Below are positions 59,646-64,000 of a stretch of DNA of 64,000 nucleotides, one piece after another; the first letter of the stretch is position 1, and each line of letters opens with the position of its first letter. This stretch comes from a bacterium. Lineage in GTDB: Bacteria; Patescibacteriota; Minisyncoccia; Phycocordibacterales; UBA2100. A program made the translations under genes and the position numbers. The stretch covers positions 131,603 to 195,602 of the forward strand of contig JAEUQT010000001.1 of NCBI GenBank assembly GCA_016789445.1, in the 5' to 3' direction. Under the pieces are notes generated by a model. The model was not told where the DNA came from and made no database searches. It saw only the letters and a list, made by a program, of their open reading frames with translations.

Positions 59646-59682
59646 GAAGCTCCATGTATTCGCTTCTCACCCCAGACCATAG

Positions 59683-60168
59683 CTACCTGAACTTAAGCGT
59701 GTAGGCTGGCTTGAATGCAGGAAGTGGTGCGTACCGCGAAGTGCGTGGTAGCGGCGTCCGCATGCGTGATGGCCGGATCTGTTTCGCAGGCTTTACCGGA
59801 TTCGTCTCGGCAAGAAATTCCATGACCGCGAGATTCACCGTAGCGAATTGCCGATCACTGATGCGACCGAGACGACGGATAAGCTGGTCCTTCCGCAGCA
59901 TGCGCATCTGCGAAAGGGTTCCGGTGCGGTTCGCACCCTTGAGTGACGTAAGAAAATAAAACGGGGTTTCCTTACCGCTCGCACGCGACGTAAGCGGCAA
60001 TCCCCAGAACGTATCGGTACCGAGCGTACGGAACACCAAGACCGGCCTCTCAGCTGCAGCGTCGGTTGCCGAAGGCACCGAACACCACCAGATATCCTGC
60101 GCACGATATTTCACTTCTCGTACGCGCGCTGTCTTCTTCGAAAAAATGTGGGAAAGCTGTTTAAACAT
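59683..60168 (-). CDS. PemK/MazF-like toxin domain protein (putative mRNA interferase) with C-terminal Pro/Arg-rich extension
   Basis: Pattern D.WW ... ERPVLVFRT ... GLPLTS ... typical of the PemK/MazF fold; longer than canonical at 161 aa. Confidence 0.45.
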   Translation of the reverse strand: MFKQLSHIFSKKTARVREVKYRAQDIWWCSVPSATDAAAERPVLVFRTLGTDTFWGLPLTSRASGKETPFYFLTSLKGANRTGTLSQMRMLRKDQLIRRLGRISDRQFATVNLAVMEFLAETNPVKPAKQIRPSRMRTPLPRTSRYAPLPAFKPAYTLKFR

Positions 60169-60187
60169 ATGCTGGTTGGTTCCGCTA

Positions 60188-60760
60188 CTAATACTTCCGT
60201 ACGACGCCCGTGACTACTGCTTCGACTTTGAACGATTCTGTCGGATAAATGTTGCTGAACTTCTCATTCGCCGGCTCCAGATAATGATTCCCCTTCTTGT
60301 CCTGTCTCAGGTATTTCATGGTGTACTCGCCGTCGACCATCGCGATCACGATCTGCCCGACCTTGTACGTGTTGCGACGCTCGACGACTACCATGTCTCC
60401 CGGACGGATCCCCGCATCGATCATGGATTCGCCTTTTACTTTCAAGATGTAACTCGATTCCTTATTCGGCGTCAGGAACTCGTCGAAATCCATCGTATCG
60501 AGCAGCTCCTCCTCCGCTGCCGACGGAAAGCCCGCTTCGACTAAGCCAAGGAGAGGGACACCTCCTCCGAAATTTCCGGGAGAAAGACGGCCCTGTCGGT
60601 CTTTGACGACCACACCCTCGTCGACAAGTTTTTCGATGAGCTTGAACACAGCGTTCTTGGATCTAAAACCCGTGAAGACCATGATCTCCTTGTAGCCCGG
60701 GAAACGCCCATGCTTCTCATAAAACGCGACCAACTTCTGTTTATAGTGCTCATACGTCAT
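60188..60760 (-). CDS. lexA: LexA repressor (S24 peptidase)
   Basis: N-terminal wHTH; C-terminal S24 domain with Ser (GESM) and Lys (KVGQIVIAMVDGEYTMKYL). Start set at MTYEHYKQ (60760) so the SOS box lies upstream; the alternative start at 60808 would overlap the box. Confidence 0.8.
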   Translation of the reverse strand: MTYEHYKQKLVAFYEKHGRFPGYKEIMVFTGFRSKNAVFKLIEKLVDEGVVVKDRQGRLSPGNFGGGVPLLGLVEAGFPSAAEEELLDTMDFDEFLTPNKESSYILKVKGESMIDAGIRPGDMVVVERRNTYKVGQIVIAMVDGEYTMKYLRQDKKGNHYLEPANEKFSNIYPTESFKVEAVVTGVVRKY

Positions 60761-60799
60761 ACATGTTTTCCCTAGTAATTCCTTATGGAGTTCAGTGTA

Positions 60800-60815
60800 G
60801 TGAACCATGGTTCAC
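60800..60815. promoter_or_regulatory. Putative LexA operator (Cheo-box-like GTGAAC-N4-GTTCAC perfect palindrome)
   Basis: GTGAACCATGGTTCAC lies 40-55 nt upstream of the proposed lexA start; it matches the Gram-positive-type SOS box core GAAC-N4-GTTC. Confidence 0.55.
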
Positions 60816-60887
60816 CAGTCAAATATTTTGCTGTGGATAAACGAAAAAGGCGGCTTGCGGCCGCCTTTTTCCGAGAGGAATGCTGGG

Positions 60888-61181
60888 TTACTGCGTCGGT
60901 GTCGGAGTGTTCGTAGTGCCCCCCGATGGCTGCGTTCCCTGCTGGGCGCCCGCGCCTGCTCCGGCGCCCTGGATTCCTTGCTGGACGCCTTCCGGAAGCT
61001 GGACGTTCACATCGATAGCTCCTGGTGTCGATGCGTTGCCAGTAGAAGTACGGGTCATGCCCGGCCACACGAAGAGGCCGAAGAGAACGACGCCGAGAAG
61101 TACGATGACCGCGACAGCCCAACCGGCCGCGCTGGAATCGTTACGCTCATATGCACTCGGGGTGATGACGGTGTCTGCCAT
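60888..61181 (-). CDS. Small membrane protein with Gly/Gln-rich tail
   Basis: Single TM helix; low-complexity C-terminus. Confidence 0.35.
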   Translation of the reverse strand: MADTVITPSAYERNDSSAAGWAVAVIVLLGVVLFGLFVWPGMTRTSTGNASTPGAIDVNVQLPEGVQQGIQGAGAGAGAQQGTQPSGGTTNTPTPTQ

Positions 61182-61251
61182 AGATATTGCAGTTATATTC
61201 GCTTGCTAATACCTAGCAGAATAGCGAGGGGGCGTGAAGCGAGGGTGAATC

Positions 61252-62136
61252 TCACGCGCGTACGATACGTATGTACGAACGGTCGTCGATGTTCTCAGGC
61301 ATGACGCCACGGGTCGAGAGCATGTCGCCGATTGCGAGCTTGTCGCGATCCCTGATCTCTTTCAAGGCCGCTTCAGTCTCTGCGAGACTCGGTTTCAGGG
61401 ATTGCGGCGGATAACCATCTGTAGCAAGGATGATCGATGATGCCCCTTTGGGCACTTCGATATACTCGACGAGATCTTCAGGCACATCATGACCGTTCAT
61501 GACGGGATATCGGTATGTATCGAAAATCGTATCGTTGCCGGAGAGCGGCGCGTTCGCGAGACGTGGTTGGATATCTTTCGTAAGCGCGCGCATGCGAGGA
61601 CGCGTAGGATCATTGGCAAGTAACGCATCCACATCAGCTCCCTGTTCGATCTCTTCACGCAGGCGACGTGCACGATCTTTTGATTTCAGACGATCGATCG
61701 CAAGACCAGGATTATCCCCCACACCATCAATGAGGTACGAACAATCCGCAACGCGGATGATCATCCCGTTCTCCCCAAAATTCGGGAAGAACGCCGCGAA
61801 GACGAAGCTTGGCGTCGTAGTGAGTGTGTACGGCCCCAACGCTTCGCGTAGACGACGCGAAACGAACGGAACTACTTCCTTTGGATCAGAGAGCTTCGCC
61901 GCATCCTTCAGAGCTTCCATACCTACTTGCACGGCGAATTGTCCCGGCGTGAGGCCTTCGATCTTCTCTGTCGAATCTCCGGATGAGACGCCGTCGAGGG
62001 CCGCGATGCATTCAGGATCGGTCAGCGTGCCATCTTCAGACGGACGACGCGCTTCATCTCGTGCGATATTCACTCGCTCGGCGATCCGCCATGCCTGAGG
62101 CGTCTCACGCCCTTCACGTCGCCGGATGCGTTCCAT
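61252..62136 (-). CDS. Hypothetical protein (294 aa)
   Basis: Long ORF with balanced composition; family not recognised. Confidence 0.4.
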   Translation of the reverse strand: MERIRRREGRETPQAWRIAERVNIARDEARRPSEDGTLTDPECIAALDGVSSGDSTEKIEGLTPGQFAVQVGMEALKDAAKLSDPKEVVPFVSRRLREALGPYTLTTTPSFVFAAFFPNFGENGMIIRVADCSYLIDGVGDNPGLAIDRLKSKDRARRLREEIEQGADVDALLANDPTRPRMRALTKDIQPRLANAPLSGNDTIFDTYRYPVMNGHDVPEDLVEYIEVPKGASSIILATDGYPPQSLKPSLAETEAALKEIRDRDKLAIGDMLSTRGVMPENIDDRSYIRIVRA

Positions 62137-62198
62137 TGCCGAAGCGTACTATGCGAGATGCTCACTCTCAAGAAGCGGGCGGTTCGTAATGAGGTATA

Positions 62199-63206
62199 GT
62201 GTGCCGCATGCAGCCAGACCTCAGCGTGATTGCCGCCGCATTCCCCATCGGCACTATCCGTTCAATCGAACCTCTCGGCAATGGACGCATACACGCGACC
62301 TATCTCGTACGGAGCGATATGGGAGAATACGTCCTTCAGAAGATTGGAGTTCTCTTCGTTCCAGCACTGCCTGACATCGAAGCCGTCACCGCACACATCG
62401 CCGCAAAAGGGCTCCTGACGAGCCGAGTGGTCCGGACGGAGGACGGCGCACTGTCCCGACAGGACGGTGATAGTGCATGGCGCCTCATGACATTCATCCC
62501 TGGTATGACGATCGAGACAGAACCGACGCCCGCACAGGCGGCGAACGGTGCAGCATTCATCGCACAGTTCCATACCGCACTCGCCGACTATACCCAGCCC
62601 TTCGCTTACCGCATCCCGCACTATCGCGACACTGGCTATGCTCTTGGACATCTGCACGAACTCGACCGCAGAAATACGGGATCATCCAAATATGAGAAAT
62701 GCCACCCGCTTGCCGAGGAGATCGAGCATCGGCGAACCCTCCTCTCTCCCGCAATGTCCGCACTCCCTCTGCATACACTTCATGGTGACCTCAAGCTCAA
62801 CAACCTCCGATTCGACACGGAAGGCGTGGAAGCGATCGCGCTCCTCGATCTGGATACGCTCGGCAGCTATCCTCTGCCGCTCGAGCTCGGAGACATGCTT
62901 CGGAGCTGGTGTAAGCGCGGAACAGGAATCGACACGGAAACATGGAAGACTCTTATGAAGACATATCGCGAACATGCCGCATTCATGCACGATGACGAAT
63001 GGAGACTCATCCCCGACGGATTCTTCGAGATAACGCTTTCGCTCGCTGCGCGCTACTGCGCAGATGCGTATGAAGAAACATGGTTCAAGCACAACCCAGA
63101 GTACCCTTCTCTGTTCGAACAGAATGTCGCGAGCACCGAGCGATGCCTCGCGCTTCTTGATGATTTCACCACGAAGCTGCCCGAACTGCGTCAACTGCAC
63201 GATTAA
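62199..63206 (+). CDS. Phosphotransferase enzyme family (APH/homoserine kinase II-like) protein kinase-fold protein
   Basis: Brenner motif HGDLKLNNLRF and downstream LLDLDTLG (DxD) metal-binding motif. Confidence 0.65.
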   Translation: MCRMQPDLSVIAAAFPIGTIRSIEPLGNGRIHATYLVRSDMGEYVLQKIGVLFVPALPDIEAVTAHIAAKGLLTSRVVRTEDGALSRQDGDSAWRLMTFIPGMTIETEPTPAQAANGAAFIAQFHTALADYTQPFAYRIPHYRDTGYALGHLHELDRRNTGSSKYEKCHPLAEEIEHRRTLLSPAMSALPLHTLHGDLKLNNLRFDTEGVEAIALLDLDTLGSYPLPLELGDMLRSWCKRGTGIDTETWKTLMKTYREHAAFMHDDEWRLIPDGFFEITLSLAARYCADAYEETWFKHNPEYPSLFEQNVASTERCLALLDDFTTKLPELRQLHD

Positions 63207-63234
63207 AAAACAAGCGCCCGATCATGGGCGCTTG

Positions 63235-64000
63235 TCAGGTCTGATTCTTTTTTGCACGAATCACAGCGATCAGGGCACTGCGAAAGATGTCGTCGCTCGA
63301 TGCGCCACGCGAGAGGTCGTGCACCGGACTCTTGAACCCGTGAACGATAGGTCCGAGCGCCTGCGCACCAGGCACGAGACGCTCGACGAGCTTGTACGCG
63401 ATGTTCGCAGCATCAAGCGATGGGAAGATAAGCACGTTCGCTGTTCCGGCAACCGCGCTTCCTGGCACCTTACGTTCAGCGACCGAGGCAACGAGTGCCG
63501 CATCTCCTTGCAATTCGTGTTCGGCAAGCAAGATATCAGGACGTCGTTTCTGAACGAGACCGATCGCGTCGCGCACGCGCGCAACCGATTCGCTCGTTCC
63601 CCCTGAACCCTTCGTGCTGAACGAGAGAAATGCGAGACGCGGCTCGTCGCCGACGATGAACGTTCGCGCATCGGCGGCGGCAATCGCGATATCCGCAAGC
63701 TGCTCCGAGGTTGGTGTCTCCACGACGCCACAATCAGCGAACGTGATGACTTCTTCGAAACCGCCACGAAACGGTGGCACAAGCATGTAGAAGGAACTTG
63801 AGATCGTCTTGATCCCCTCTTCCTTCTCGACAAGCCAGAGACCTGCGCGGAGCACATCGGACGTAGTGCGTACCGCACCCGCCACAAGTGCATCTGCTTC
63901 ACCAATGCGAAGCAGATACATCCCATAGATCAAAGGATCGCGAGAGAGACGTTTCGCCTCATCCTCGGTCATGCCTTTGTGTCCGCGCAGTTCGACGAGC
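63235..64000 (-). CDS. pta: Phosphate acetyl/butyryltransferase (Pta family), C-terminal part; N-terminus beyond window end
   Basis: Pta C-terminal domain motifs (FSTKGSGG, GTANVLIFPSLDAANIAYKLV, GPIVHGFKSPVHDLSRG). Confidence 0.7.
   Translation of the reverse strand, partial: LVELRGHKGMTEDEAKRLSRDPLIYGMYLLRIGEADALVAGAVRTTSDVLRAGLWLVEKEEGIKTISSSFYMLVPPFRGGFEEVITFADCGVVETPTSEQLADIAIAAADARTFIVGDEPRLAFLSFSTKGSGGTSESVARVRDAIGLVQKRRPDILLAEHELQGDAALVASVAERKVPGSAVAGTANVLIFPSLDAANIAYKLVERLVPGAQALGPIVHGFKSPVHDLSRGASSDDIFRSALIAVIRAKKNQT

Overview
High-GC (~60%) bacterial chromosomal segment, densely coded and mostly on the minus strand, with a compact gene set. Contents: a complete type IV pilus locus (pilM/N/O, pilB, REC, pilT, pilC, two pilin paralogs, pilD, four pseudopilins); housekeeping genes (typA, DEAD-box helicase, pyrG, ftsEX, prfB, gatCA, ligA, recG, ftsH, smpB plus tmRNA, gpmA, ribH/ribE/riboflavin kinase, malic enzyme, lexA/dinB); cell-surface genes (sortase, S41 peptidase, CAP protein, PKD/PG-binding protein, cupredoxin); and 9 tRNAs plus tmRNA. 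Gene content (many pseudopilins, short RF2, patchy biosynthesis) is compatible with a small-genome, possibly CPR-like, bacterium; this is inference. Most unusual finding: a family of ~150-220 bp non-coding elements (family A; motif GTCACGGATAAT, hairpin, CGCGACCCCGGCTCGCG, covarying hairpin, ATCGCTCCGCC) sits immediately 3' of tRNA-Asp, tRNA-Met, tRNA-fMet, tRNA-Ser, tRNA-Ile and the tmRNA gene, with one orphan copy. In five copies the far end is a direct duplication of the host RNA gene from T-loop position 56 to the 3' end. Each copy also carries an inverted mimic of the host tRNA 3' half, interrupted by a hairpin in several copies. A second, related family (B) follows tRNA-Gln and tRNA-Thr(GGT). 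No integrase or transposase lies in the window, so these behave as non-autonomous tRNA/tmRNA 3'-end-associated elements or structured ncRNA genes; I do not recognise the family.
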